NCBI GenBank assembly: GCA_951406725.2
Contig: OX597822.1
Location: forward strand, 53,878,001 to 53,942,000
Direction of reading: 5' to 3'
Source of the DNA: Octopus vulgaris
Taxonomy: Eukaryota
DNA length: 64,000 nt
Of this stretch, positions 25,450-38,337 are shown in pieces. The notes under the pieces are model-generated. The model was not told the DNA's origin and did no database searches. It saw only the letters and a list, made by a program, of their open reading frames with translations. Every line of letters starts with the position of its first letter. The first letter of the stretch is position 1. The translations under genes were made by a program, and so were the position numbers.

Positions 25450-25872
25450 GAGATCTTTTCGGTTTGAACGGCAGTTTTTTAACATAATTTCTAGGTAACT
25501 AAAAAATTTAAAACTTCGTATACTGGTAGAATGTGTTTATAAAATATCTTTTTCTCTTGACTTTATTGAGAAAATTCTATAGTTTGTAAGATATTTGTTG
25601 TTTTTTTCTTCAATTTCTGAAATTTCAACCAATCAGTGACGTCTATTGAGGTAAAAAAAACACATTCTGTGCCGTATGAATATGTCCCTCGTTTAAGAAA
25701 CAGATTGGGTTTATTTACATTTGTGAAGAAAAAAAGGATACCCTTTCCCCACCTCTAACCCTAACCCTAAAACAGATTGAAATGCAATAGATCGATTCTA
25801 GGGTCATAATTATGGGTGACAATTTCAAAAGACACCGCTAGAAAAAACTGCCGTTCAAACTGAAAAGATCCC
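25450..25872. mobile_element. Non-autonomous DNA transposon with 6-bp TSD, inserted in a SINE
   Basis: TIR of about 30 bp (GAGATCTTTTCGGTTTGAACGGCAGTTTTT / AAAAACTGCCGTTCAAACTGAAAAGATCCC). AAACTG is duplicated at 25444-25449 and 25873-25878. Confidence 0.85.
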
Positions 25873-26385
25873 AAACTGAGCCAGGCGCAGCTCTCCAGCT
25901 CACCAGCTCCAGTCAAACTGTCAAACCCATGCCAGCATGGAAAATGGACGCTAAATGATGATGATGATAATGTATTTATGTGAATGTGTGTATGATCGAG
26001 TCTCCTTGTTTTGACATCTCGTAATAGTTGTGAGTATCTCTGTGACAGAAGTGTGTCTTACGTTTGTCTACTGCAATTTCTGGAATAGACAGACTGAGGT
26101 CAAACAGGCAGAAGGATAACCTTCGCCAGGTTAAAAAGTGCCGAAGGCACGCTATATGTCACAATGGCGCCCCTACCATTTCACGTAGAAGTTGAGGGTT
26201 CGAGATAAGGACACTAATACTACTGCTGTAACTGCAATTAATCTCCGTAATGACTCTAACTTTAATCGTCTCTAATTTTGGCACAGGATCAGCAATTTTA
26301 GGGGAAAGAGCAAAGTACTTTATTTTATCGATCCCGAAAGGATGAAAAGCAAAGTTGATATTGGCAAGTTTTGTTCAGTGGCTAT

Positions 26386-26790
26386 AGGCGCAGGAGTGGC
26401 TGTGTGGTAAGTAGCTTGCTAACCAACCACATGGTTCCGGGTTCAGTCCCACTGCGTGGCATCTTGGGCAAGTGTCTTCTGCTATAGCCCCGGGCCAACC
26501 AATGCCTTGTGAGTGGATTTGGTAGACGGAAACTGAAAGAAGCCTGTCGTATATATGTATATATATATATGTGTGTGTGTATGTGTTTCTGTGTCTGTGT
26601 TTGTCCCCCTAGAATTGCTTGACAACAGATGCTGGTGTGTTTACGTCCCCGTCACTTAGCGGTTCGGCAAAAGAGACCGATGGAATAAGTACTGGGCTTA
26701 CAAAGAGTAAGTCCCGGGGTCGATTTGCTCGACTAAAGGCGGTGCTCCAGCATGGCCGCAGTCAAATGACTGAAACGAGTAAAAGAGTAA
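26386..26790 (+). mobile_element. Full-length tRNA-derived SINE (family 1, CORE-like segment)
   Basis: A-box TGGCTGTGTGG, B-box GGTTCAGTCCC, TCTTGGGCAAGTG segment and internal (TA)/(TG) repeat. Many copies, e.g. 42885-43610, 43905-44290 (-), 55080-55424 (-), 58960-59320 (-) and 63560-63890. Confidence 0.85.
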
Positions 26791-27136
26791 CGGGAAAAAA
26801 TATCAAGCATTTTATCCGATGCGCTAATGATTCTACCTCCTCTCCGTCTTTGTAACTACCAGAAGTAATGAAAAAGTGTACTGGGTTCGAACTTGGAAAA
26901 AACCTCATTTAATTTTTAATAAGCAAAAACCTAATTACCCTATAAAATTAAAATATTACTATTACTATTATCTAACTGTTAAAGTAGTTATTGATCGGCG
27001 AATTGTAAAAGTGACTAAAGCAAAAGTAACTGTGACAGCAGAGTTGTGTCCCCTACACCGATGTCTTATAATCGTAAACCAATTTATATTTAAAGCGATA
27101 CACAACTTGTGGATGGCCGTGAAATTTTTCCCGACA

Positions 27137-27655
27137 AGAGTTCCGGACCCCAGTAATGATCTCATTTGCATAAAGCGAATCAGAGCTCACCTTGACCTTG
27201 TTGTCAAGTTAACAAACGCACTCTACCAAGTAAACACAAGACGAAGAACGATGTTGTAAGTCGACCGATCGCCAAGTTACGTATGCCTGATTTTAGAAGG
27301 AGACAAATAATTAGATAGATTTGCATCTATATCTATTATCGGATGTTGTTAGGGCCCCATGTGGTAAAGATGTGGATGGGGAAAATGTGGGTAGAGAGTG
27401 ATGTGCTAGTAACCCTCTCCCCTTACTGTTTTACAAAGTAAAAGACAACACAAATAACTACGCAGAGGCAGCCACGGTTGAAACAAGAACAAGGGCAATG
27501 ATCATTATTAAAAGAGAAAAGAAGCATGGCCATTCCTTAGCCAAGTGACCTTATCGTATCGCCCATCACTTGTTATGCGCGCTCATAAATTAGTTTCATA
27601 GTTGAGCTCTGATTGGCTGTAAGCAAATGAGTTCATAACTGGGGTCCGGAACTCT
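27137..27655. promoter_or_regulatory. Candidate enhancer bounded by a 53-bp inverted duplication
   Basis: 27137-27189 and 27603-27655 are reverse complements with 5 mismatches. The region has two ATTTGCAT octamers, GTAAACA, TGACCT and CCAAT motifs, and many retained CpGs. Confidence 0.35.
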
Positions 27656-28039
27656 CGTGGGTAAAAAACATTTCGTTGACTGGCCAGCATGTTTGAATCA
27701 GTGGCGATCTGGCAGAATCGTTAGCACGCCGGACGGAATGCTTAGCGGTATTTCGTCTGTCTTCACATTCTGAGTTCAAATTCCGCCGAGGTCGACTTTG
27801 CCTTTCATCCTTTCGGGGTCGATTAAATAAGTACCAGTTACGCACTGGGGTCGATATAATCGACTTAATCCGTTTGTCCTCTCAGCGTTTAGCCCCTTGT
27901 GGGTAGTACAAAAATAGGTTCTCATTTGGGATCCATATAAGATCTTGTTAAAATTTATGTGCAATAAATTGCTTATACCTCTACGATACACCAAGTATTT
28001 AAACTATGTATATATATATATAATTTATTATATAGAAGG

Positions 28040-28090
28040 AGCTTCTACAGGACTAGAACTGTTTCATTCAAGAGAAATCTTCAGGAAGCT
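28040..28090 (-). ncRNA. Type I hammerhead ribozyme (inverted copy)
   Basis: Exact reverse complement of 29682-29732. Confidence 0.75.
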
Positions 28091-28573
28091 AGTTAACGAG
28101 AATTGTATTGGCATTTATACATTTAGGCAGGTTTAAAGGGGTGGTGGTGGGGGACTTTTTGGGGGTAGGCATAGCGCAAAAAAATCATACTTGGGGGAGT
28201 GGTCAAGGAGTCAGTGGTAAATTAGATAGAAGAATAAATAAAAGAATAAAAAAAGGAGAATAAAAAAATATATAGAAGAATAGAGTTTTAGGTAAATAAG
28301 GAAAATCTCACTTATACCTATACACATATGTATACATATACACACACACACACACACATATACATACTCACATACATACACACACACCCATATATATATA
28401 TATATATATATACATACACACATACATATACATACATATCCGCATACATACATACATACACCCATACATACATACATATATACACACATACACACACCCA
28501 CACGTATACATATACATACATATACGCGCATGCATACACATACAAATACATACACATATACATATACATACAT

Positions 28574-28606
<33 letters not shown>

Positions 28607-28978
28607 CACATACATACACATACATACATACATATACATATCTACACACACACACATACATACACATATACACATACACGCACATACACATATACATGCG
28701 TACCCATACACACACACACACACACGCATCCATATATACACATAAGTACACACATGCGTAAAAGTATACATATATCTATGCTTACACATACACACACACA
28801 CACGCCACTCCTTATGTTCATACTTACATGCATACTCAAAAAATAAGTAATAAAATATATACGTGCAGTTATTCATACATGCATACTCAAAAAATAAATA
28901 ATAAATAATAAATAATAAATATTAAGTATATATACGTGCAGTTACCTATTATACAGACGGATACATACATATAAACTT

Positions 28979-29029
<51 letters not shown>

Positions 29030-29330
29030 CATATATATACATATATATATATATATATGTACACATACTTACACATATGTACATATACATACACACATAC
29101 ATAACTCTACGTACCTACATATACCTAAACACACGAGCGTACACGTATATGTACATATACACATACACATACACACGCATATATACATACATACACATAC
29201 ATACACGCACATATACACACATATATATATATATACATACATATATATACACATATATATATATATATACATATACACACATACACACATATATACATAC
29301 ATATACATACACACACATACACATACACAC

Positions 29331-29376
<46 letters not shown>

Positions 29377-29681
29377 ACATATACACATACATACATACAC
29401 ATACATATACATATACACACATACACACACACACATACATATATACACACCCACACACATACATATACATACACACATACCTAAAACTCTATTCTTCTAT
29501 ATATTTTTTTATTCTCCTTTTTTTATTCTTTTATTTATTCTTCTATCTAATTTACCACTGACTCCTTGACCACTCCCCCAAGTATGATTTTTTTGCGCTA
29601 TGCCTACCCCCAAAAAGTCCCCCACCACCACCCCTTTAAACCTGCCTAAATGTATAAATGCCAATACAATTCTTGTTAACT

Positions 29682-29732
29682 AGCTTCCTGAAGATTTCTC
29701 TTGAATGAAACAGTTCTAGTCCTGTAGAAGCT
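29682..29732 (+). ncRNA. Type I hammerhead ribozyme
   Basis: Stem I AGCTTC/GAAGCT, core CTGAAGA, stem II TTC/GAA, core GAAA, stem III ACAG/CTGT. The GUA site predicts cleavage after 29726. Confidence 0.78.
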
Positions 29733-29815
29733 CCTTCTATATAATAAATTATTTTTACTCTGCTATGTATTGAGTACCTTATTTACTGTGGTTAACCACG
29801 AATCAACCCGGGACC

Positions 29816-29855
<40 letters not shown>

Positions 29856-29946
29856 ACTATACTGTAAAGTGTCAAAATGTATGTAAAATCTACTAATATA
29901 ATGAGCATTGTCTTTTTATATATTTGTATATATATTTGTGTGTATG

Positions 29947-29989
<43 letters not shown>

Positions 29990-30064
29990 TAGCAGAATTG
30001 CCCGGCGTTGCTCGGGGCTGAATTGCTTGAAAGTACTGTTAATGATTGCACTGAATTATGATGA

Positions 30065-30586
30065 TTATTCGGGCAAATATTGATATAAGCTTACGGTGGG
30101 AGATAAGGACTTAACGATCAAACGTGTGCCATTGCATTGTTTTGGGGGAACCAAATTTCTGATGAGCATTATAGGGGCACCAACTTTAAGTTTGAGAACG
30201 TGTGGTGGTAGTCCGGGGTGCTCAAAGGAATTGAGTACCTCTATTGGATAGTTGATGACGTCCTCTGGGTCAGGAGTTGTATCGATAGACTGATATACAT
30301 AGACTTCCCCAGGAATGAGTTTTAGCATTTCATCATTAATATGGTGAACAGTTTTATTCCTCGGGGCCAGTATAGCCTTTTTGCCAATCCAATCCATATT
30401 CTGATAATTAGCTTGTAGATCTGGGAACACTGCATCTCTGAGATCAGAAGGCGTCTTAACAATGGTACAAATGGAATCGATGGCAATATTACCATTTTCA
30501 TCCCCTGGTATTTTGCCTTCGCCAAGTGCAAGGAGGGTGTGAGGAAATGCTGCTGATGTGATATTACGTCGCATATGAGCACGCAT
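30065..30586 (-). pseudogene. Helitron RepHel Pif1-helicase fragment
   Basis: The motifs AILAPRN, YPIEVLNS, PGLPPHVLKLKVGAPIMLIRNL and CNGTRL are characteristic of Helitron Pif1. Only a 173-aa internal piece is present. Confidence 0.9.
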
Positions 30587-30834
30587 ATTGGTGTGAAGTT
30601 TGAGAGTTACTTCCCTTTATTAAAAAAAATATGCATTAAAATGGAAAAAAATGATGGTAAATTATTTGTAAAATCATAGACTCATCGTAGACGCGCGCTA
30701 ATACCCAGAAGGGCTCGATATGAATCACGACTATAAGATACCCGGTTTTGGTTAAACTGCATCGCAAAATGTGGGAGTAGTTAGGAATCTAAATCGGAGT
30801 AGACAGACACACAACCTTTCTTTTATATATAAAT

Positions 30835-31512
30835 ATTTTCGTCCTAAAAAACTTTGTATGGATTGAATGGTTACCTCTATGGAAATATATACACGCACAT
30901 TATACATACATGTGTGTATAGATGAATATATAAATACATTTAAATATCTATATACACTTTTGGGCGATCTTTCTGTTTCTTAGAGATAACTTTAGATCTT
31001 ATTTTCGTCCTAAAAAACTTTGTATGGAGTGAATGGTTACCTCTATGGAAATATATACACACACGTTATACATACATGTGTGCATAGATGAATATATAAA
31101 TACATTTATATATCTATATACACTTTTGGGCGATCTTTGTGCTACTTAGAGATAACTTTAGATCTTATTTTCGTCCTAAAAAACTTTGTGCGGAGTGAAT
31201 GGTTACGTGTATGGAAATATATACACACACATTATACATACATCTGTGTATAGATGAATATATAAATACATTTAAATATCTATATACACTTTTGGGCGTT
31301 CTTTCTGCTACTTGTATATACTTTAGATCTTATATTCGTCCTAAAAAACTTTGTATGGAGTGAAAGGTTACCTCTATGGAAATATATACACACACATTAT
31401 ACATACATCTGTGTATAGATGAATATATAAATACATTTAAATATCTATATACACTTTTGGGCGATCTTTCTGCTACTTGGATATAGGTCTTATATTCGTC
31501 CTAAAAAACTTT
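30835..31512. repeat. Minisatellite, about 166-bp unit, about 4 copies
   Basis: Units (A-T-T/A-TTCGTCCTAAAAAACTTT) start at 30835, 31001, 31167, 31332 and 31492. Confidence 0.9.
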
Positions 31513-32037
31513 CCTGTCACACACTCACGCACACGCACACACACACACACACACACACGCACCCTCACACACACACACACATACACACACACACTCACAC
31601 ACACGCACACACACACGTTAGCTTACAATTTTATTTATATATTTGCGTGTCTATGTGTGTAAAGAGGAAGTGGCAGAGTGAAAGAGTCACTCACTACAAA
31701 AAGTGAATTACTTTCACTTTATTCGTTGCACTCTGTGTGTGTGCGTGTGGCTCACTACAAAAAGTGAATTACTTTCACTTTATTCGTTGCACACTGTGTG
31801 TGTGCGTGTGCGTGTGGTGTAAGCCACACTAAGAAAAGCATTTGACTTAGACACCACAATGTGAGTTTTCTCTAAATTTTGCTTAATTGGGGTTGAAAAT
31901 TTAAAAACTGGACCTGGCACGACCCGATGCATTCTACTCTTAAAAATGCTAGGTAAATTGTAATTGAAGAAATCCTATATTGTAGATTTCTATAAGATAC
32001 AAAGGGAGGCAGATAAAATCTGCCTTTTATAATAAGA

Positions 32038-32420
32038 CTAGCAGTATCGCCCGGCGTTGCTCGGGTTGTAAGGGAAATAACTATATAAGCATTTTTAGAG
32101 AGTTATAGCCAAAAAATGCATTAAAAATTGAAAAAAAATTAAGGTAAATATTTTTTAAATCGTTGACACATCGTAGATATTTTTAGAGAGTTACTTCCCT
32201 TATATAAAAGCGAAAAAAATGCATTAAAATGGAAAAATATGATGGTAAATTTTTTTTAAATCGTAGACTCATCGTAGACGCACGCTAATACCCAGAAGGG
32301 CTCGATATGAATCACGACTATAAGATACCCGCTTTTGGTTAAACTGCACCGCAAAATGTGGGAGTAGTTAGGAATCGAAATCGTAGGAGACAGACACACA
32401 ACTTCACTCTTATATAAAGA
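32038..32420 (-). mobile_element. Non-autonomous Helitron, same family as 18639-19039
   Basis: TC start, 3' hairpin and CTAG end. Its CTAG abuts the TC of the neighbouring Helitron. Confidence 0.85.
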
Positions 32421-33587
32421 TGCTTTTTTTTTTCAGTCATAGAGTTAGATTTATGAAGGTCTTCAGTAGAAAATCCTTCGAATTCTGACTCGCTGCTTGA
32501 TATAATGAAATTCGTATCCATTTTTTGTCAGAATTACAAATTTTGAAAACACAATAGGAACAAATTTCGGAAAAAAATCTCCCATAATTCACGGAATTAA
32601 AATTACACTTCGATTTTTGTACAAAACTGTAGTTGAAGTGTTTACGAAGTATAATACGTGTTTTCACGAATGTACTAAAGAGATTTGCTCTGATATTCTC
32701 ATTTAAATATGAATAGGTAAATTCGGGCGGCTTGGTAACTATATATAAGTGTCGTCTGTTTATACATAAACACTGTTTCATACTGCAATTATGTATACAT
32801 ATATCTATATATAATATTATATAATAAAATATATACAGAGTAAAATAAAAACCAATTTACCTTTTCTGTCCTCCGTGTGTCTTTGCAAATGTGTTGGAAT
32901 GATAAGTGAGTTGTGTTTTTGCGCCTTTTTTACTAATAACAAACACACACGTGTTTGTATGTAGTTGTATGTGTATGTAGTTGTATGTAGTTGTATATGT
33001 ATGTGTATGCGTGTGTGTGAGGAATGACACACACACACTCTCGCAAGCACACATGTACATCAATGCTTTCGGAGTGATATGTTAAAATATTGAGTTTTCT
33101 CGAATTTTGTCTTAATTGGGGGTGAAATTGAAAGAAATATATTATGGCATGAGCGAATGGAGTACTTTGAAAAATCTTAGGTAAATTCTAATTGAAGAAA
33201 TTGTGTGAGGACTAAATGGTTATGTATTTATTTGTTTCTGTTTGCTGTGTTTTTTTATTTTTTGAGTAGTGGTTTAATTACTTTCAGTTTAGGCTTCCTC
33301 AAATCACTCTGTCGCTATTTACTTTCATTTTATTCGTTGCCCACTGTGTGTGTGCGTTTGCGTGTGGTGTAAACCAGACTAAGAAAAGCATTTGACACAC
33401 ACACAAGAATGTGAGTTTTCTGTAAATTTTGCTTAATTGGAGTTTAAATTTTAAAAACTGGACCTGGCATGACGCAATGCATTGTACTCTTAAAAATGCA
33501 AGGTAAATTGTAATTAAAGAAATCCTATATTGTAGATTTGTATAACTCCCAAAGGGAGGCAGATAAAATCTGCCTTTTATAATAAGA
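32421..33587 (-). mobile_element. Helitron 5' portion
   Basis: It has the same TCTTATTATAAAAGGCAGATTTTATCTGCC 5' end and adjacent 300 bp as the ends at 32037 and 35464. No clear 3' end of its own. Confidence 0.6.
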
Positions 33588-33605
33588 TATATATATATAT
33601 ATATA

Positions 33606-33966
33606 CTAGCACTATGATCCGGCAACGCCGGGTCGTAGTGCTAGTGCATGCATATGCAGCTGCGTGCGTGTGCACATACACACGAGTACTGTCCAAATCT
33701 TTGACCAATCACATACAGCTAGCTGGCATTTAATTGGTGTATCAAGTTTCGGGCATTTTGATTGGGTTTTGGATAGAAAATTCACAAAAAAGTCACTTCT
33801 ATTGATTTTTTAATGGCTTTGCGGGGTGACTGGGGAAATGTAAAGATGTGCACGACCACCCTTGGACGGTTTTGAATGACCATAGAAAGTGCGAGCTCTC
33901 TAACTGAAAAATTGCGGATTTGTATAAAGGACACACACGCAGACATTTTTGCCATTTATATATATA
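33606..33966 (-). mobile_element. Short Helitron with palindromic 3' end
   Basis: Terminus CTAGCACTATGATCCGGC-AAC-GCCGGGTCGTAGTGCTAG; AT-rich opposite end. Confidence 0.6.
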
Positions 33967-33967
33967 A

Positions 33968-34828
33968 CTAGCAGAATTGCCCGGCGTTGCTCGGGGCTGA
34001 ATTGCTTGAAAGTACTGTTAATGATTGCACTGAATTATGATGATTATTCAGGCAAATATTGAAATAAGCTTACGGTGGGAGATAAGGACTTAACGCCAAA
34101 CGTGTGCCATTGCATTGTTTTGGGGGAACCAAATTTCTGATGAGCATTATAGGGGCACTAACTTTAAGTTTGAGAAAGTGTGGTGGTAGTCCGGGGTGCT
34201 CAAAGGAATTGAGTACCCCTATTGGATAGTTGATGACGTCCTCTGGGTCAGGAGTTGTATCGATAGACTGATATACATCGACTTCCCCAGGAATGAGTTT
34301 TAGCATTTCATCATTAATATGGTGAACAGTTTTATTCCTCGGTGCCAGTATAGCCTTTTTGCCAATCCAATCCATATTCTGATAATTAGCTTGTAAATCT
34401 GGGAACACTGCATCTCTGATATCAGAAGGCGTCTTAACAATGGTACAAATGGAATCGATGGCAATATTACCATTTTTATCCCCTGGTATTTTGCCTTCGC
34501 CAAGTGCAAGGAGAGTGTGAGGAAATGCTGGTGATGTGATATTACGTCGCATATGAGCACGCATATTGGTGTGAAGTTTGAGAGTTACTTCCGTTTATTT
34601 TAAAAAATATGCATTAAAATGGAAAAAAATGATGGTAAATTATTTGTAAAATCATAGACTCATCGTAGACGCGCGCTAATACCCAGAAGGGCTCGATATG
34701 AATCACGACTATAAGATACCCGGTTTTGGTTAAACTGCATCGCAAAATGTGGGAGTAGTTAGGAATCTAAATCGGAGTAGACAGACACACAACCTTTCTT
34801 TTATATATAAATACATACATACACACAC

Positions 34829-34860
<32 letters not shown>

Positions 34861-35464
34861 ACATGCATACATACATATACACATAAACCGAGTAAAAAAT
34901 TTCAGTTATCTCTCTCTTTCACACATTACTCTCTCTGTCTCTTCACACACACTAACAGAAGCACTTCACTTACACAACATAGTGTCTGTCTCCCACACTC
35001 CATCAAACACACACACACATGTACATCAATGAGTCCCATGCACGGTAACTTGAAAGGAACTTCCCTCGTCATACAATCGCTTTCTCTTAGTCTCTTTCGC
35101 TCTCATTACTTATGTAAAAAAATAAAAGTTTTTTCTATGTGTGTAAAGTGGAAGTGGGAAGCAGAGTGAAAGAATCACTCACTACAGTAAGTGAATTACT
35201 TTCATTTTATTCCTTGCCCACTGTGTGTGTGCGTTTGCGTGTGGTGTAAACCAGACTAAGAAAAGCATTTGACACACACACCAGAATGTGAGTTTTCTGT
35301 AAATTTTGCTTAACTGGAGTTTAAATTTTAAAAACTGGACCTGGCATGACGCGATGCATTGTACTCTTAAAACTGCTAGGTAAATTGTAATTGAAGAAAT
35401 CCTATATTGTAGATTTGTATAACTCCCAAAGGGAGGCAGATAAAATCTGCCTTTTATAATAAGA
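33968..35464 (-). mobile_element. Second composite Helitron with a Pif1 fragment (ORF 34070-34564)
   Basis: The first 850 bp or so are nearly identical to 29989-30833. It has the same 5' terminus type as 32037 but a different middle. Confidence 0.8.
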
Positions 35465-36467
35465 GATAGAGCCGGTATGAGAGGTGAAGGTAGAGGAGAT
35501 AAATGGTAAAGAGAGTGTCATAAGAATGAGAAAGGAAAGGTTGAAGGAAGGAATGAAAAAGCTGATAAACGGCGGTTTGAAGTGTGAGTATATATGTGTG
35601 CAAAAGAGAGGTATACTTGCGTGTGCATGTGTGTGTGTGTGTACAGTGGTAATGTTCAATGCTGAAAATGTGTGAGTATATGTGTGTATGTGTGTGCATG
35701 TACATGAGAACTATGTGAAACTTTACATATACACGTGAAGTAAAGAAAATATAAAAAATAATCCAGAATCCTTGTCCGGTACCGGATTGATCCCAAAATC
35801 TAATCAGTTCGTGCAAGTTATGAAGCCAAACATCCCTGAAAGTTTCTCGAGATATCTTGTCCATGGACAAACAAACACGACAGAAAACAATACCTCTGTC
35901 TTCACTAAGGCGGGGATGATGCAGTACCAGGCAGTGGATCTCATGTCTTCTGATCTTAACTGATTGGAAGTGTTATCATGTACATTGTTCTGTTTTGGTA
36001 TAAAAGATGGGCTACAGCAAATATTCTGCTCAATACCACAGATTTGCTTGTCAGTTGTTTGACCATAACCAGTTGAGCATGTCCCTTAGTGGCTGACGAT
36101 ATGTGCATCTCTGATCACGAGCAGAAGTAGTGGGGAAGCATCATAGCCATGTGTTGAGAGGGATTCTTTGGGGTTTGAATAATTCACCTCTGGAGACATG
36201 GGTGGTTTTTTCAACATTCTTAAACAACCCGTATTCAGGGACCTTTTGAGCAGGATGAGCTACTCAACCAGAAGAAAATTCTAACTGGGCCCCACCTGCA
36301 AGGTCATGTGCAGTTTATCTTGATATGAGATCACCATGTCGCGCACATATGGTTGTGATGCATGTACCTGGTGTGCCCTTATCAGACGGATAGTCATGAT
36401 GGGTATATTGGGCTTCATATATTTTACCCCAGTGTCACTTTGATGGCATGAACTACTCTCTCACTCC

Positions 36468-36509
<42 letters not shown>

Positions 36510-38142
36510 GTAATAATAATTAATAATAATAATAAAAAATTCGTTTATTGGCCACAAGGGCTGACAAAAATTAATTAAAACATAAAGGGACAAAACACAG
36601 GACGAAAGTTACAAAGGGTTTTGTCTGTTTGCAAAACGTGTAAAAATTCCAGAGATAACAACGAAAATATAACAATTGAAATTCCTAATAGAGGGAGGCG
36701 CTTCGAAAGGTTACTCGTGGAAAAACCCATAAAAGCCACGGGAGCCTGGTCAAAAGGGATAAAGAAGTAATAATAAAGAGGTAATAATAATAATAGAGAG
36801 CGCAAACCTCCATCAAGGCAACACCAACGACCTCTCAACGATTTTTAAAAGGAGAATATCTGAAATAAACTCGACTGCTTTCACAAACATGATTACTAAA
36901 AATGAACCTGACTGCTCTCAAAAGTTAAGCAAAATAAATGGAAAAATAATCCAGTATCCTTGTCTGGTACATGATTGAACCTAATGATAGTCATGGAATG
37001 TAAAGGTGGTTGTAGAAAATTTAGTAACAGTAATAAATAGTTTATCCTTATCTAATACAAGCCAAAGTTAACTAATTCACCATTCAAAGTACCTAGTTTA
37101 CAGCCTAAAGGGAGATAATTGAGAAAGACTTAAAAGTTAACGTTAGAATGTAATCATATAAAGTAAAGTTAATGTAACAAAAAATAATCCAGAATCCTTG
37201 TCCGATACCAGATCGATCCCCAAATCTAATCAATTTGTGCCAGTCATGAGGCCCAAAATCCCTGAAGGTTTCATCTGAATCCATCCAGTAGTTCTCGGGA
37301 TATCTTGTCCATAGACAAACAAGCAAACAAACACGACTGCAAACAATACTTCTGCCTTCGATAAGGCGGAGGTTATAATAGTTTCAAATTTTGGCACAAG
37401 GTTAGCAATCCTGGGGGAGGGGCTAAGTTGATTACATCGACCCCAGTACTCAAATGGTACTTATTTTATTGACCTCTAAAGAGATGAAAGGGAAAGTAAA
37501 CTCCAGCTGTATTTGAACTCAGATCATACAGCTGGACAAAATACCACTAAACATTTTGCCCAGTGTGGGGGCAATTCTGCCATTTCACTGCCTTATAATA
37601 ATAATAATAATATTGCTTTCAAATTTTGGCACAAGACCAGTAATTTTGGGGTCAGTGGTGAGTCGGTTACATTGACTCCAGTATTCAACTGGTACTTATT
37701 TTATTGACCCCGGAATGATGAAAAACTTTGGTGGAATTTGAACTCAGAACATAAAAACAGTTGAAATGCCATGAAGTATTTTACCTTGTGTGCTAACAAT
37801 TCTGCCAGCTTGCTGCCTTAATAATAATAACAATGGTTTCAAATTTTGCCACAAGGGTAACAATTTTTGAGGAGGGAGATGAGTCAATTACATCGACCCC
37901 TGTGTTCAACTGGTACTTATTTTATTGACTCCGAAAGGATGAAAGTTAAAGTTGATGCCAGTGGAATTTGACTTAATAATAATGATAATAATACCTGAAT
38001 TTGTTTTGATATTAAGAATGAAAAAATAATTAACCTTATTTGTAAAAGATTTTGTACTTAGCTTCACACACTGCCCCCAGCAAATTTTGTTCCTGTTACT
38101 TATGTTTGGAAGTATGTATGTATGTCTATAAATATATACACA

Positions 38143-38227
<85 letters not shown>

Positions 38228-38337
38228 TGGCCTGCTCGCTTAGCCAGCGGGGTGGCATCATTTGAAGGCTAAAACAATGCGAAGCACATTGTGACTAGCG
38301 ATGTGTAGCAACATCTGATAGCCTGGTCGGTCACGGT

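Larger units (their letters stand above)
28021..29818 (+). mobile_element. Penelope-type non-coding element with 274-bp inverted pseudo-LTRs, inserted in (TA)n
   Basis: 28021-28294 and 29478-29751 are reverse complements (one mismatch seen) around about 1.2 kb of CA/TA microsatellite. A 67-bp tail follows, and both flanks are (TA)n. Confidence 0.8.
29989..32037 (-). mobile_element. Composite non-autonomous Helitron carrying a Pif1 helicase fragment and a minisatellite
   Basis: The 5' end TCTTATTATAAAAGGCAGATTTTATCTGCC is at 32037. The 3' CCCGAGCAACGCCGGG hairpin and CTAG are at 29989. Confidence 0.8.

Noticed and set aside
26386-26460. tRNA-like sequence
   Set aside because: It is a SINE head with A/B boxes, no full cloverleaf, and many degenerate copies.
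28211-29484. Long ORFs rich in Y/I/H/T/C/V/M
   Set aside because: These are translations of CA/TA microsatellites that lack stop codons, not proteins. The same applies to most short ORFs in the track.
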